Positions 23,705 through 38,130 are shown, counted from the first letter of the stretch. The stretch is DNA of 64,000 bases from Callorhinchus milii (GCF_018977255.1 NW_024704742.1:97714001-97778000); one strand, 5' to 3'. Notes: generated by a model not told the origin, from the letters alone. Numbers and translations: made by a program.

Positions 23705-24530
23705 ATACAAAATTACATTTGTAAAGCGCCTTTCACGTCAAGCATCCCAGAGGGGAACGGCAGAAAGGCTGAAGGCCCGACTGCCGATGGTGGGGTGGGC
23801 CAGGCAGGGGACATGGAGCAGGCCGGAGCCTGGTGAGTGGAGGGAGGGGATCGGTTGATAAGGGGCCAGCAGGTCGGAGAGGTAGGAGGCGGCAAGGCCA
23901 TGGAGGGCCTTGAAGATGAGGATGAGAATTTTGAACTCAATCCTCTGAGAGTTGGGGAGCCAGTGGAGCCGGGCAAGGGTGGGTGTGATGGGGTCATGGA
24001 GCCTGGTGCAGGAGAGGACACGAATTGCAGAGTTCTGGATGATCTGCAGCTTGTGGAGGGAAGAGTTGGGAAGGCCGACAAGCAAGGTGTTGGCATAGTC
24101 GAGCCTGGTTGTAATGAAGGTGTGTATGAGGGTTTCAGCAGCCTGAGGAGTGAGACAATGGCGGAGTTAGGCAATGTTGCAGAGGGGGGGGGGGGGGGGG
24201 GAGGCAAAGCAGTCAAGGTAGGGATGTGGGGGGAAAAGGACAGTTGAGGGTCAAATAAGACCCCTAGGTTCTTGACAGGTTTGGTGCGGTGGAGTGGATG
24301 CTGATGTTGCCAGTGCCTGAGGTGCAGAGGTGCTGGCGCGAGCCAATGAGGAGAGCCTCGATCTTGCTGACATTCAACTGTAGAAAGTTGGCTCTCATCC
24401 AAGACTTGATATCTGACAAGCAGTCTGTCATTACAGCAGTGTTCCTGGGGTTGAGTGTGGAGGCAGAGAGGTAAGAGTTGGGTGTAATCCGCGTATATGT
24501 GGATGATGTCACCAAGAGGGAGCAAATACA
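23705..24530 (-). mobile_element. L2 LINE fragment (RT C-half, frameshifted)
   Basis: HIYADYTQL, WMRANFLQLNVSKIE and LHWLPNSQRIEFKIL motifs in different frames. Confidence 0.9.
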
Positions 24531-24773
24531 GGTTGAAGAGGATTGTGTGAATAATATGTGGTGTTCAGGGGGGAAAGGGGTTAATGTAATTCTCAAATAC
24601 TATAAACTCTTGTTGCACTGGAGAAGACTTCTGCATTGTTCAAACAAAATTACAAATGTGCAGGTGGTAGTATACAGACCCTCGAATAACTCCAATCCCA
24701 TAATAAGACTACAATTAACCATGTAGGATCTTAAAACTCCAGGTAACAAAACATTCCTTGCAGATGAACCTAC

Positions 24774-24873
24774 CTGGTGTTGTTTTTAAACTTGAGGAAA
24801 AAGTGCAAACAATCGATGCAATGCTGAGGTCCAAGTCCATCGCATCCATTAATACATTCAGGATCACAGGATC
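24774..24873 (-). CDS. PCSK5: PCSK5 exon, first Cys-rich repeat (GSCDPECINGCDGLGPQHCIDCLHFFLKFKNNTR)
   Basis: 100 nt; acceptor cctttag, donor gtaggt; phase 1 to 2. Confidence 0.95.
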
Positions 24874-26617
24874 CTAAAGGACGAAGGGTGATATTTTAGA
24901 TTACTTTCTCTCACTTACTAAGAAAAGTGCCATTTCCTGATAAACTCTTAATGCAGAAGCTGTGAACGAATACCAGCAGCAAACAGCTTTCAGTCACTTG
25001 GATGACACTAACATTCTGGCAGTGAAAGTGAAGTTTAATTTGCATTTACAGCACAGAGAGTTTCTTCAGCTTTTTGATATGAAAGAAGAAAAACATAAGA
25101 CGACATCCACTCAATGTGCCTACAGAAGCTAGAATTGGAAACTAGCCAGAGCAGAGCTTGCAAACGGATTATGCTTTGATGAACTTAAAAGCAAAGATAA
25201 TAAATGTAATAAAATGACAGTCTTACATCACAGCAAAGAAAGACATCGTTATGGGATGGAAATCTTGGTTGCAATCTGCAACAGCTTTCTAGTGAAGAAT
25301 TACTTTAACTCCTTTCCTCCTGAACACCACATATGATTCAGACAATCTGGAGCACATAATTACTAGCCCTCTCAGGGATGAAACATGATCGACATATTTA
25401 GTAGTAGATGTGATCAGTCTTTTCGAAGAGAAGAGACATGATGCCAAGTACGCCATAGAGAGACAATGGCTTCCTCCCCATTGACATGACCGGAGATGCA
25501 TTCAGGTCGAGCTCTTGGTAAATCAATGCAATGAACTTCTAAAATGTGATTATACTAGACAAGATCATACAAGACCACCAACATGCAAGACTTGCTAGTT
25601 TAGAGAACCCAATAAATCATTTAATATTGAGAAAGAGATTTATTAGCAAGACATACATGCAACTCCTTAGAAAGAGATCCCATTGGGCACACACACAAAA
25701 GCTATATTTTTTTAAAAAAAGGATTACGACGAGTTATGTCAATTTCAATATCCTTCTACGTGCATTAGTTAAGAGTCCTGCAATTAAAATTGCTCAAAAG
25801 GCTACGGTTGAACTGTCAACATCACTTCAAAAATCTGAATATATGGTTTGCACATCCATCATTGCAATTTTCCATTGTATCATTAACCTTTTATGATTTC
25901 AAGTTTCATTTCTAAAACAATTGCTAGTGTGCAATTGTTTTAGAGCTTTTTTAGGCAGAAAATCAATGTCTGGTTTGAATGAAGGAGGACATGGTAAATT
26001 CAGCACACGTTTGATGTCATCTGTCAGTAATCCATTTGTTTTAAGTTACCTTTCAATTTGATACTTTCAGAGGTTATTGGTTGTATGATGTAATGTTTCA
26101 ACACAATTTCCTTCAGCTCTGGAGCTGGCGTGGCGTGCCAAATCAGCCCAAATCAATGAGATGGGGGAAAAAAAGGCTATTCTATGAGCTGTCTATAAGG
26201 GTCGTACAAAATTGGGTTTGAAAACAATTACAACAGAGTTTCTAGTGGTCATGAACTTATAGCATTCACCATCATTATCTGATGATTTCTCTAATACAAT
26301 TGAATTGTTTGGAATTTTGATTGCTCCTCTTAGCTTCCTGCTCATATTCCACCAACTTAGCTCACTACATCAACACCATCTTCCTTACATTGGGAGGATA
26401 ATGGTTGAGCCCACCAGCTGGATAGGAATCATATATGAGCATTCTCCATTGAACGGAAATATTTTCTCCTATGTTCTAGTTAACTTAGAAAAACTGACAA
26501 AGCTTAGTCTCTTGGGCAATTTAGTGGATGTTCCCTTTAGTAGGGGAGGCAGGAGTAGTCTCTCGTCCTTGCATTAGTCATTATTATACACGTTGCCCAC
26601 GGCACACTTCCTCTTAC

Positions 26618-26767
26618 CAGTAAATTCATCCTGAAAGCCCTCCGAGGGTTCATCTACTGGGCTAGATCGCACTCGATCCACTTTTGGTGTATCAAATGGT
26701 GTGTACGAAGAGGAATATGGATGGACAGATGTACCATAAAGTACCAGAGAAAATTCCTTCAGTTTTC
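26618..26767 (-). CDS. PCSK5: PCSK5 exon, end of P domain and linker (GKLKEFSLVLYGTSVHPYSSSYTPFDTPKVDRVRSSPVDEPSEGFQDEFT)
   Basis: 150 nt; acceptor tttaaag, donor gtaaga; phase 1 to 1; LVLYGT motif. Confidence 0.94.
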
Positions 26768-29700
26768 CTTTAAAATAAAAAAGAGATGGTTATTGAAGAG
26801 AACTACAATCATATCAAAACAGCATTGTTGTATATAATAAATGCATTAAATTGCTGAAAGCATTCACCATTAACATCTTATAAACCTCACTTGGTCGATA
26901 AAGAAAGAACAGAAATTAATGGATTAGGTAATTTGCAGGGATTTAATTTTTCAATTGAAATTATGCTCCACATACTTGTTGGTGGGTTCATCTTCCCATT
27001 TACAACAGGTGAGGAATGCATGAAGGAGAATAGGGCCCCTCCCCATTAGATCAATGGATTACACTTGAATGAAATAGAGAATCAGAGCCTTTAGCACAGG
27101 TTAACTAAACTAGCTCAGTGGTGGACAAAATAAAAGATTCTTGATTGAGTAGTTCTTGATTTATGGCATAAATCTCTTCTATTTTGTTATTTCTATGATT
27201 ATTTAGTTGGCCAACCCAAAAGCTTGGTCATCGCTGCTCTAGATAGAGCTGTCCTGAATTACATGTTAGCTTTTTACCCCTAGAAATGCCAATATCCAGG
27301 TGAATTGTTAGATACAAAATAGCAAGTTATAAGGGAGCTTGATATGTAGAAGCACATCATAAAAAGATTATTATGTGAATCCAAGATTATTGCCTAACAT
27401 ATTGGCTGAAAATAAGCAGGCCTGGAATGAATACCACATTCTAATGAATTTTGGAAGAAATTATCCAGGAAATTCTGCCTCAGGGAATGCGATTAGACCT
27501 GTCCATACACTTGATGCAATGCTGCAGTTTTGCAGCAGGTGTGCCCTGAACTAATTAAACCTTGGAAGACTTAACCCATTCACACGTTTATTAATTTCCT
27601 TGTTCTCACATTTGATGCATATATACCTGCTGACTCCTTTCCAGTCTATTCTGTATCTACTTTGGTACTGAAGGGATGATGAGGTTAACCAGCAGCCCCT
27701 CCATTTCTGGCACAGAAAAGCTTAAATAGTCTTGTATTCCCTCTAGACTGCTCCAATCATGATGAAACTTTTCTAAAACATACTGCCAAGTTAAATAAAA
27801 GTGCCAGTCAGGGAACGGCAGCTCACGCAGTCTTGGGATATAACATGAATTTCTTTCACGAACATTCACGAAAGCTGTTCCACTGAGATCAGAGATTGGA
27901 GACGAGTTGTGACATGGTGGCATGATGGACATGGGTTTCCCTACAACTTGACATTGCATTGTGAAACTTTATTTTATGAATATTGTTGCTCTTATTTAAC
28001 CTTCATATTTTGCATTTCAAAGCTTAATGCACCATTTGCACGTATGGACCATATAATAATCCACTAAAGCCTGATTGAGGAGCCTGGATTAGTTCCATAA
28101 ATGAACCAAAAAACTGCCACATTTTAATGATAGTGGCAATCTCATTTCTAACCTCAAGAGATTCTCCCAAGTTGCTGACCAAATCTAAAATTGGGTTTGT
28201 AAAAGGGCTTGATCAGGAGAAATGACAATATAAATGTCACAAGCAATCTTGAAAAAAGGGCTAAGAGGCATATAACAAATATCACACATGAAATGCCGTG
28301 TATGTCACATCAACCTACAAGACCTTGGCTCTGAGCCAATCTCAGGTCAGAGCAGAGATTTCACAAGTCAGAATGATCAACATGAGATTCCCTGCTTGAG
28401 AGACGTCATGACCTGATATACGTTTCCCAGCGTTTGTACCCTTTATCCAGTGTTTTTTGTACTCAAGCCTTTGCCAACCTCGTTGATTTTTCTATTCTAG
28501 TAATTAGTACAGCAATACAACAATTGAATATAGCATCCTTCACATAGGGCAATACCTCAAAGCTCTTTACAGAGAACTCTGCCAAACATCAAGCCAGTGG
28601 GGGTTGGAGAAGAATAACGGATAGTGACCATGAATCATGGTCAAAGTGCAAGTACATTACTGCTTACATCAGCTACCACTTATAGTCTCTGACTGAGCAT
28701 ATATAAATGGTGCAACTATTCAGTCTTATCCTTGCCCTCCTGTAAGAAATGTCTGGATCGATACATGTTTTCTTGACTGAAGAAAGCTGCTTTAAAAATG
28801 CCCACTAAAGAAGGGGACCTGGAAGGATTTATTGCAGAAATTCAGAAACAGGGACAATGAATTTAACTACATTGATATAAAATGACCAAAAGTACACTAT
28901 TGTAGCAAAAGTGTTGACATATAATCAAAACGGGAACAACAATCCTCCTCTATATACCACTGCACTAAACGTCCCAAAGATGTCCACAGCATAACGACAC
29001 ACTTTCAGCACTTCCTGAATTGCATATCCCATCTCCTCTAGCCTTGCTCTTTGGCCTGTACCCTCCACGCTACTGTTTGTACCTCATTCCCATCATCAAT
29101 GATCAAGCCTTCAACCAGTATTGCAAAGTTCCTATTCAGCCTTCTAAAGTGCTTTGAGACATTGTCATTGTTGTTAAAAAATTCCGACAAGTTTTATGTT
29201 GCATTTTAGAGTATCCAGAATTTAGAAATTCTTAAACAGCTTAAATTTTGAAGTTGGTTTTCTGTAAGTTCTTTTAATTTTCTCCCCAAATCCATTTGCC
29301 TTGCACCTTCTTTCGCTTCTACAGTATTAGAACTGAATGGTACTGAACTATGCTACTATCCTAAATGAATTAAAAAAAGGTTACAGTGAGGTTTCAGAAG
29401 TTCACCCACACACCCGTGGCATTGAGATCTCCTCCAACTAAGCAGGAAATTACACTCAACTCAGTCCTACAATGCTGAATTGCTGTCCATGCGATTTGGA
29501 AACACAACACAGAAGAAATCTCATTTCACAGCCTCAGAAATAATTGGAAATGAATTACCATTGTAAGGTTCACTTTTTCTAGGTCAATTTTTGAATCAGT
29601 TTAAAGAAAACGAAATGCATTGGTGAGATGTTAATATTACAGCAAGTGTTTCAGCATCTACTGATAATGTTACTGAAAGAAGCCTAAAGAAATATTTTGA

Positions 29701-31315
29701 AAGCATGTTTTTGTTAATAGCCACAAGTGTTGAAAAGAATGATTTGAACTTAAAATCATTTTACACTTATTGGGGTTGAAAAACCAGTGCATTGCGAAGG
29801 AATTTACAAATAGCAACTCAGTGTTACTAAAAAGATATTCTGCCAATAGCAAACAGTTTGTCACGGTTGACTCTTCGCTCTGAATCGCTGAAAGAAAATT
29901 GCGGAGTTTCTAAGTCAACCGTGATGTGCTGCTGGTTATCACTTTTCAAACCCTCTGACAATACTGGTGAAGTGCAAACTGCCCAAGCAACTCTCACTTA
30001 TCTTCTTCCAGCAGTTATAAGTATATTTTTCAGCCAAAAACATGCCAAAAAAAAATCACCAAATTGGGACTAAAATTGGTGGATGATTAAAGTATTTATA
30101 ACTCAGAGAGATGTCAAGAACGCATCTCGAAATACATCATGAATAATTGAAAAGTGAAGCCTAATGATTGCTTGAAATGATAAGTGTTCAATGCAATTAC
30201 TGCCTCTCAGTCACTTTGTTTCTCACATTTATTTTACAGCTAAAAGGCCCAATCTTTAACAATGTAAAGCAAGGATTACATGAAGAACCAATAGTAATTT
30301 GGGGCTACGATTTGTTGTGTATTCATACCGTCCAGTGAGTTTGTTTATTGTCATTTCACCAGAAATCTAGCCTAGACTTATAGACTGAAAGGCTGGTTTC
30401 TACTGCCTGTAATACTTTTGAGTAATAAAACTTTGGGGAGTTTTAATAAAATAATATATAATCTGTTATTTTCTCACAGAGATTCATTCAAATCAGGGAT
30501 GTAAGAAATGAAAATATCACATTACAGGGAGTGGGGTGCATGGGCTGTTTTTCTGAGGTTGTGTGCTGGTTCTGTCACACCAACCAAGGGTAGTTTTTGC
30601 TTTTCATGTCTGACCTTGGAGTGCTCAATGCAGGCAGGTGTAAAAAATGGAGGTCTTCTCACTACTCAAAAAGAAAATCACTGCAGAATGGATTTATATG
30701 GGCAAAAGTAAATTTAAGCAAAACAATAACACTTTTTTTTATCGTCTATTGTTACTTGTGGATGTTTTCAAGCACACGTCCAAAAGCCAAGCATTGTTCA
30801 GCTGAGCTTGACAGTAACACTTCATTTTATGGATCAAAAGATAATGGAACACATCATTTATGAAAATTTAAGCCGCAGTCAAGCACATCTGAAGCCAAGC
30901 CATAAGGCATGATTTTAAAAAAAGGTTGGGTGTTGAAACAGGGACAGTCTGTACTTTCGGTATAACATTTCTCAAACAATTTTCAACTCAAGCCATGTAA
31001 GGTTTCAATTTAAAAAAACTAAGGGGTGATAGAAGATGAACTTATTACATATCGTAAAGCAATATACACGATGCAAGTTGCTTACCAAAGATTACAATTC
31101 ATTTTATTTCTTTTGTTACGTAGCCATGCTGAAAAAATTCTTGGAACTTACAGAAAATCATAAAATGTTTCTTTCAAGAAATCTCTCCAACTGAGAAGTG
31201 CAACACTAGCTAATCCAACACAAAATCTGTTAGTGTATCTTTTGATGGACATAGTTTTACCACTGAACACAAGAGGTTGAAAACCTAACATTTCACAAGA
31301 GATTATTGCAAATAC

Positions 31316-31452
31316 CTGGTGTCTTGAAGTTCCGAAGCTGGGACGGACTGTCATGGATTTCAAGGACCCAGTCACCAACTGCCTTTTCACCCCACGAATG
31401 AGTAGTCATGAATTCCCAGCTTTTAAAGCCTTCCATAGAATGATCGAACAAC
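31316..31452 (-). CDS. PCSK5: PCSK5 exon, P domain (LFDHSMEGFKSWEFMTTHSWGEKAVGDWVLEIHDSPSQLRNFKTP)
   Basis: 137 nt; acceptor attccag, donor gtattt; phase 2 to 1. Confidence 0.96.
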
Positions 31453-32999
31453 CTGGAATGGCAACATGGAAGAGACGGTCAAGAATGGCACATAAGGGAG
31501 TACTTTCATTTTCACACACGTATAAACTGGATTAAATACCACATGCAACTCCTACACTTTGTAGCCATTAGTGCAGAAGAAGCATAATCCTTCTACAGGG
31601 GATTTGATGATATAGCAGAATTTAAAACAGCTTTAAAACATTTAGGCATTGAGTTCAAAAGTTGGAATTCTGGGCAAATCTTTGAAAGCGACAAAGAATA
31701 AATCCTGGAGTCAACAGAAGCCGATAGCAGAAGATATCATGCCCCAGTGACTTCTAAGTCCTGCTGATGAGCAATGCTGGTTGTTCAGTCATCAACAGTA
31801 CCTTAGAGTACTTTGAACTTGGCTTGCTCAGGAACCAGACTACAAGTGAGCCAGCCACAATGGATCAACTTGATTCTGAAATTCAGCCCCAAAGAGACCC
31901 CAGTTACCTCCCACCTTCTTCCCCTGAAGGATTCCAGTATTGAACACTACATAAAGTATCTGCACTTATAAAGAAATTGCAATGACCTCTGATGATCAAA
32001 GGTGAAGGAGCTGTGTAGGTCATAGTAATGGGTGTCAGGTGCTGTACTTAAATTCGTCACACACTTAACATTCCTTTGACCCGCCCAGAACATTCCAACT
32101 TCCTGTCATGTTGTCGTGAACAGAGCGGATAGTATCCAGCACATTGAAATCTGAAGAGCTATTATGCGAAAAACAAAACAGCCATAAATCAGGCCCACAC
32201 AATCCCGTCTGAAAGTTGACCCAGGCGGTGTGAGCAGCCTCAATTCAAAGCTGCAACAGTTAATTATGGCCCAAGCACACTGAAGCACATTAAAGCAATC
32301 ATTTCCCAAATGACCTACTTATTTCAGGGATTTCTTTTTGCAACCTAGAAAGTTATGACTTGCGCACAAAACTGATAAGTGATGTGAAGCAAGGGAACAA
32401 TTATTGCAATGAATGCAGTTATGGAGGTCACACTGACCATTAAACAAATGCTGACCTCCAAGGCACCCAGTGGTGCAGGCCATGATAATTTACTACAGAA
32501 ATCCAAATATAAAAGATTCGAAGTTAGAGATTCAATATGGACACAATTAGAATAAATACATTGAGAAGGGACAAAATCTATTTTTAACAGCAAAACAGTC
32601 TTTAGAAACTATCTGCATAAATCCATAGTTATTCTGTTCCTAAGCAATTTCAAGTCCATTGAAGGCATGATTGAAATCATCTGGTTATGTTGAAACAGTG
32701 AACGAGTGGTACTTTGGCCTTCGATAAACCATTAAATCTAAGCACCACCATAAACAGCTTTGTAACAGCCGTTCTTAATTATTATGATTGGGTTTCAAAG
32801 TACAATGATAGCAATGAGTTAGCTGTCATCAGTAATATGGAATCACCAGATACCCAGGTTTGTGAATGGCTTTCAGATTTCAAGAGGACGGTGCTAGCCT
32901 CTCTGTAACCCTTCCTTGCACTGGATTTAGTTATTTTGAACTGCCTTGTAATAGCCAAATTCGTAACATTCTAGACTTCAATCATGTTACATTTCTTAG

Positions 33000-33330
33000 G
33001 GGTCAGTCGGGTGTCTGACACAAGCGGAAATCCATCACCATGCTTAAGAGTTCCTAAACCAAGCTGAGATTTCCATGCATCCCACCTACACATGGAAATC
33101 CCAGAGATAGATTGTTGTAATGGTATGCGCACAGTCTCCCTGGTTACCTAATTCTGGAAAGTATGAGGCGTAGGTTGAAAAGAGCCAAGGTTTGGGGACC
33201 CCAGAGTGTATGTTGGGATACTGCTGGAGTCTAATCAGCTGAAACCACATAGGTTGCCATTGATAATGCTGTCTGGGAAGCTTTCCCACTGCTTGTCCAG
33301 CTAGGACCATCCTACCCATTAGGGCTTTTA
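33000..33330 (-). repeat. Copy of the unclassified ~570-bp repeat (3' half)
   Basis: Aligns with 3715-4085, for example GTCAGTCGG-TGTCTGACAC and CAGCTAGGACCA-CCTAC. Confidence 0.7.
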
Positions 33331-36132
33331 CGTATGTTCCTGTAGATAGAGAAACTATCTCCTTAAGTGAGGGAATCCAGAACAAGGGGTTATAATCATA
33401 AACTAAGAGCTAGGCCAGTTAGAAGTGAAACCAGAAAGCAATTTTTTCACATAAATAGTTGTGGAAATCTGGAATTCTCTCCCTCAAATGGCTGTGAAAA
33501 TAGGACAATTAGGACTTAATACTCTGATGGATAATATAATGATAATAAAGTCAGATTACCAAATAATCATTTGTTTTAGCCATTTGACTTTCCTGTTTAT
33601 CATTATCTTGATGTCTCTGCAGTAAGGTTTTGATCTGAACCCAGCATTTACTGATCTTTGTAAAACCTGTTGTTCCTTCAGATGGACTGGCTGGTGTTTG
33701 ATATCTGGGTGTGTACCCCTTTCTTTGATACCGTTCACTCAAAAGACCACTGCGACCAAGCGACAGAGGGAAGAGGCTACGCCTTCTTGTGGCTTACAAG
33801 CCTCCCAAAAATTCCCTCTCCCTGCTCCACCCCACTGGTGACTTGTTTGGATGAATTATTGCTTTACAAGCCACAAAAGCAAGTGGACCAGGTTCGATTT
33901 CCAGGCAGGGGAAAACCTTTGACAAGATTCCTTATACCACACGCATGTTTACCAAGCCGCAAATAGGTACCCGGTTGTTAGTCAATTGGCAGATCGCTTT
34001 CTGGGAGTAATAATCCCTTCAAAATAAATAAATAAATAGTTAAATAGTTTGATCACTCATTCCTCGACTATTTGTGGGATACTGTTGTGTGCAATTGGTT
34101 GACTTCAAAAACAAATGCACTATACTATTAGCATTTGATATAGCACCTATAATGGCCGACGTGACTATTTTACGCATGGTTAATGCTGCCTGCATACGGC
34201 CCCTGGGTCTTAAATTGGTAATCCCTATCTGGAGGATTGCTGACCATGATATTCGGAGGAACTCCTTTCTCTTTTTGAATAGTGCCTGGACAGGCAGACA
34301 TTAACATTTTACCAAAGGGCGTCTCCCCAATTTCTCCAGAGTTGCATTGGAGCTCAAAGTCCTGATGTGGGGCTTGAACTCACAATCTTGGGACGTAGAG
34401 GTGAGCGCACTACAAACAGAGTCAGGCTGACAACTGGTACAAATCAACCTACAATTGATAAAACAGGGTCTGAAAATAACATTAGATGCAAGAGTCTGCA
34501 CTGTCAGGAGAGGGAAACAAAATAGGCAGAAAGCTGAGAAGACAGGAGAAAAATAAAGGTCTTTATGAAGACGTCCAGTGCCAACAGAACTCTTCATCCA
34601 AACTAAGAACTACAGTTACAATCTAATCGAAAATCAGAAGCCTGATCTTATTTGAGTCTCAATTTTCTCACTTGAATAGCTGCGGCACTACACATCTTAT
34701 CATGCAACATGTTTACACACATTTCATTACAATAGCTTATCCTAGGGTAAAATTTCCTCTGACGGCTTATCTCTCACCAACTACACTGGTCTTTCTGCAT
34801 TTTGTCGTAAACTCAAATTGCTCCTCTGGTCTACTTCCAGCATCATTGCCTCCACCCTCCCTGAGCCCAAACCCCCCACCTCGGGTCCTAATTCCTGACT
34901 GTTTGGCGCCTTGGGACGTCCTCCAGACATGAAAGGCACTCTACAAATGCAATTTTGTATTGTATTGACATAATCAAACAGGATTTTGATGAGCTTCAGG
35001 CCATTTACAAGGACCACAATAAGTGGAACACTCTGTACTATCTAATGTGAGTCTGCACAGCCCAAACTGCAATATCCAGTTCTGCAGTTAGACACTGCAG
35101 GCTTGGGACTCCCTGAATTGGGGTATTGAAGTGCAAGTGATCATTGTATGTCAAAGTAATTGGAGTGTAGTACTTCAGCAAGACTAATTTCACCACAGTA
35201 GTGGCCTTTTGTTTGCACTGCACCTGCAGACAGTAGATAAAACTCTCCTCCAAACAGCTGTTCTCTCTCAGGAATAGCTTCAGCCGTTCTTCAGCAAGCA
35301 GAAAGAACATAGAGGAAATCCAGACAAGCTAAACAGACTATCAAAGCTTTCAGTCCAGTTTCCAGAGTCCAATTGCCATGGAAAAACACACCCTCGTTTG
35401 AACTAATCTAGGACAGCCTTTTAGAATCCTTTCGTCGAAACATGTGTTAAGATGAATATAATCTTTTTCCCCAGCACGCAGTAATACGATATAAATTATT
35501 CTCTCTCTAATAACTTATGTTAACGATGTGGAGCTTGTCTAAAGCAATTTCATATTAGTAGTCACACTTTATAAAGATTTCTCTTCTAAAAAAAAAGCAA
35601 ATGGTTCCAGTTTGTAGAAGTAAATCACTATTGTAATATTGTAATACTAAACACATTTCAACTGCAAATCTCATGACTTTATACTTAATGCAAAAATATT
35701 AGGCCAAAAATTCCTTTCTGCTATTGGCATAAAAAATGAGGAGTTTATGTAAGGAGGGGAGGGAATATTGGGAATTCATGCTTCTCTAAAATCATTTTAA
35801 AGTTTTGCACATCACAGCTGCCGATTAAGCACTTTATGCAGTTAAATATACTAACTTTACAAATGATAATTTTCTAAAATGTAGCTTATGGCCCAGGAAT
35901 ATTTTATAAAAGTTTCAAATTATTCGGCACTTGCAATTCCTATGTTGAGTGTCATATACAGATTGAACAAGTGGTGCAGCTATGTTAATAATTCCTCAAG
36001 CAGGATGGAAATTCCATGCTCAACTATTTGTAGATATTCTTTGCCACTTTTCATCCATCAGTCACTGCAAGAATCAGGATGAAGCTCACTTTCAAAAGCA
36101 GACATGCTGCCAGTTATGCGTTGCCTTTACAT

Positions 36133-36421
36133 ATAATAATAAATAATAATAATAATCCTTGCATTTGATATAGCGCTTTTCACGTCTTCTAGACCTCTCA
36201 AAGCGCTTCACAGAATATGCTGTAAAGTGAATTGACTGTATATTTGTGGGCGAAACGCAGCAGCCAATTACACACAGCAGTGTCCCACAAACAGTCGTGG
36301 ATTGAAAATGACCAACTTATTATTGTTTTCGAGGGATTATTATTAGACATGTGGAGTAAGGAAACTTGCCCATGGTTTCGCCCTGCCTGGAATTGAACCC
36401 AGGTGTCTCACTTGCAAAGCA
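36133..36421 (-). mobile_element. tRNA-derived SINE, nearly full length
   Basis: Same body and (ATT)n tail as 37817-38130, opposite orientation. Confidence 0.9.
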
Positions 36422-37254
36422 AACAAAGCAAGTCCACCATCTCAACAATAAACTTGCAAACACACACACGCACAGGGGTAGATTTGGCAAGATTTCTAAA
36501 CTTAACTAATTTGATCCTGTTGTTAATTATTGCTACAGTTAGCAGTGATTAGTAGATTCTGACGGAAGAGGGTTGGGGGGGTGGGGGGGAGTTGTGGAAG
36601 AGGTCCCAGGCATCAAAAAAAATATTTGTTTATGTTTACAACTTGGCTGATAAAATATTTTTACGTTTTAAGTTAGGAAGAAGGAAAGACGTTTGTATAT
36701 ATTTTTTGGGGGGGTGGGGTGGTGAATGATTGGAAGGTTGTAGGTGAGGCAGAGGTGATATCGCACAATAATTTCTTCATGTTAGATAATACTAGTTACC
36801 CTTGCGTTTGATACAGCTCCTTATCTCATTGTCGAGACGTCTCAAAGTGCTTCACGGGATACACTGTAAAGTGTAGTGACTGTGTATATTTTGTGGGCGA
36901 AACGCAGCAGCCAATTGCGCCCAGCAGCGTCCCCACAAACAGTCGTGGGTTGAATGACCAAATTATTATTATTTATGTATATTTGGTGGGATTATTCTCT
37001 CCCAAAAAATATGGTGACTCAATCCAGGATATGGGACGGTGTTGTCCGCAACTGGTTGCCGGGTCTCGTCCACAAATCCAGTCAATCCACTTTACAGTGT
37101 AATAATTGCTTTGAGACGTCTCAATGGCGTCGTTGGGCGCTATATCAAATGCAAGGAGGTGGGAGCATGAGTGAGGGGAGGGAAGGGGAAGAGCAAGTTG
37201 AGGGCTGGAGGTCCGGAGAGTGGGCAGACTGGCTGAAATTTCGCTTGTTGGTAG

Positions 37255-37790
37255 GGGGGCTTACTCCACGGCACTCACTGCTGACAGCAACCCCGCCCGA
37301 TCTGGCTCATCGGCAAGACCCGGAAGGGCCGACCAGTCACTGGGGGCAGGGAATCCTCCCTCTCAGCTCCTGTTAACCCTGCTGCCAAAGCCCCAGCTAA
37401 CTAACTAACTAACTAACCAACCAGGAGGGTGGTCCTAGCTGGACAAGCAGCTGGAAAGCTTGGCCCGACAGCGCTCTCTCTCTCTCTCCCACGCTCTCTC
37501 ATTGGCCAAGCTATGTGTGGGTTTAGCTGGTTAGAGTCCAGCAGTTACCCCCAACCTACACTCAGGGATCCCCTCCACACAAGTCTTGGCTCTCGCCAGC
37601 CAACCTGCGCTGAATACTCCGGAATTAGGTAAGCAGGGGGCATCCCTCCAGGGAGAGAGAGCATTACATTCTGACAATCTATCTCTGGGAATTTCCGTGC
37701 GTAGATGGGAGGCCAGGAATTCTCAGCCGGGTTTGGAGACTCTTAAGCAACGGTGATGGGTTTCTGCATGTGTCAGACTGATCCCCCCAC
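37255..37790 (+). repeat. Copy of the unclassified ~570-bp repeat
   Basis: Colinear with 54180-54670; contains internal (CTAA)n and (CT)n expansions. Confidence 0.7.
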
Positions 37791-37816
37791 AAAATGGATC
37801 TGTTGGGATACCCAAG

Positions 37817-38130
37817 GGAGTCCTGTAGCTCAGGGGTTAGAGCACTTGCCTTGCAAGCGAGACACCTGGGTTCAATTCCAGGCAGGGCGAAACATTGGGC
37901 AAGTTTCCTTACTCTACACGCCTGATAATAATCCCTCCAAAACAAAACAATAATAAATTGGTCACTTCAATCCACAACTGTTTGTGGGACACTGCTGTGC
38001 GCAATTGGCTGCCGTGTTTCGTCCACAAATATACAGTCAATTCACTTTACAGTATATTCTGTGAGGCGCTTTGAGAAGTCTAGAAGACGTGAAAAGCACT
38101 ATATCAAATGCAAGGATTATTATTATTATT
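37817..38130 (+). mobile_element. Full-length tRNA-derived SINE
   Basis: GGAGTCCTGTAGCTCAG head, B box GTTCAATTCC, tail AATGCAAGG(ATT)n. Confidence 0.92.

Noticed and set aside
23713..24525. Long ORFs (270, 234, 205, 202, 198 and 183 aa) at 23.7, 45.5, 62.9, 57.3, 44.2 and 42.2 kb
   Set aside because: All overlap frameshifted L2 fragments or their antisense strands; they are not host genes.
31762..31800. Hammerhead ribozyme core suggested by CTGATGA (also at about 54262) in the unclassified repeat
   Set aside because: No stem II plus GAAA follows, and the motif is not conserved in the same position and strand among copies.
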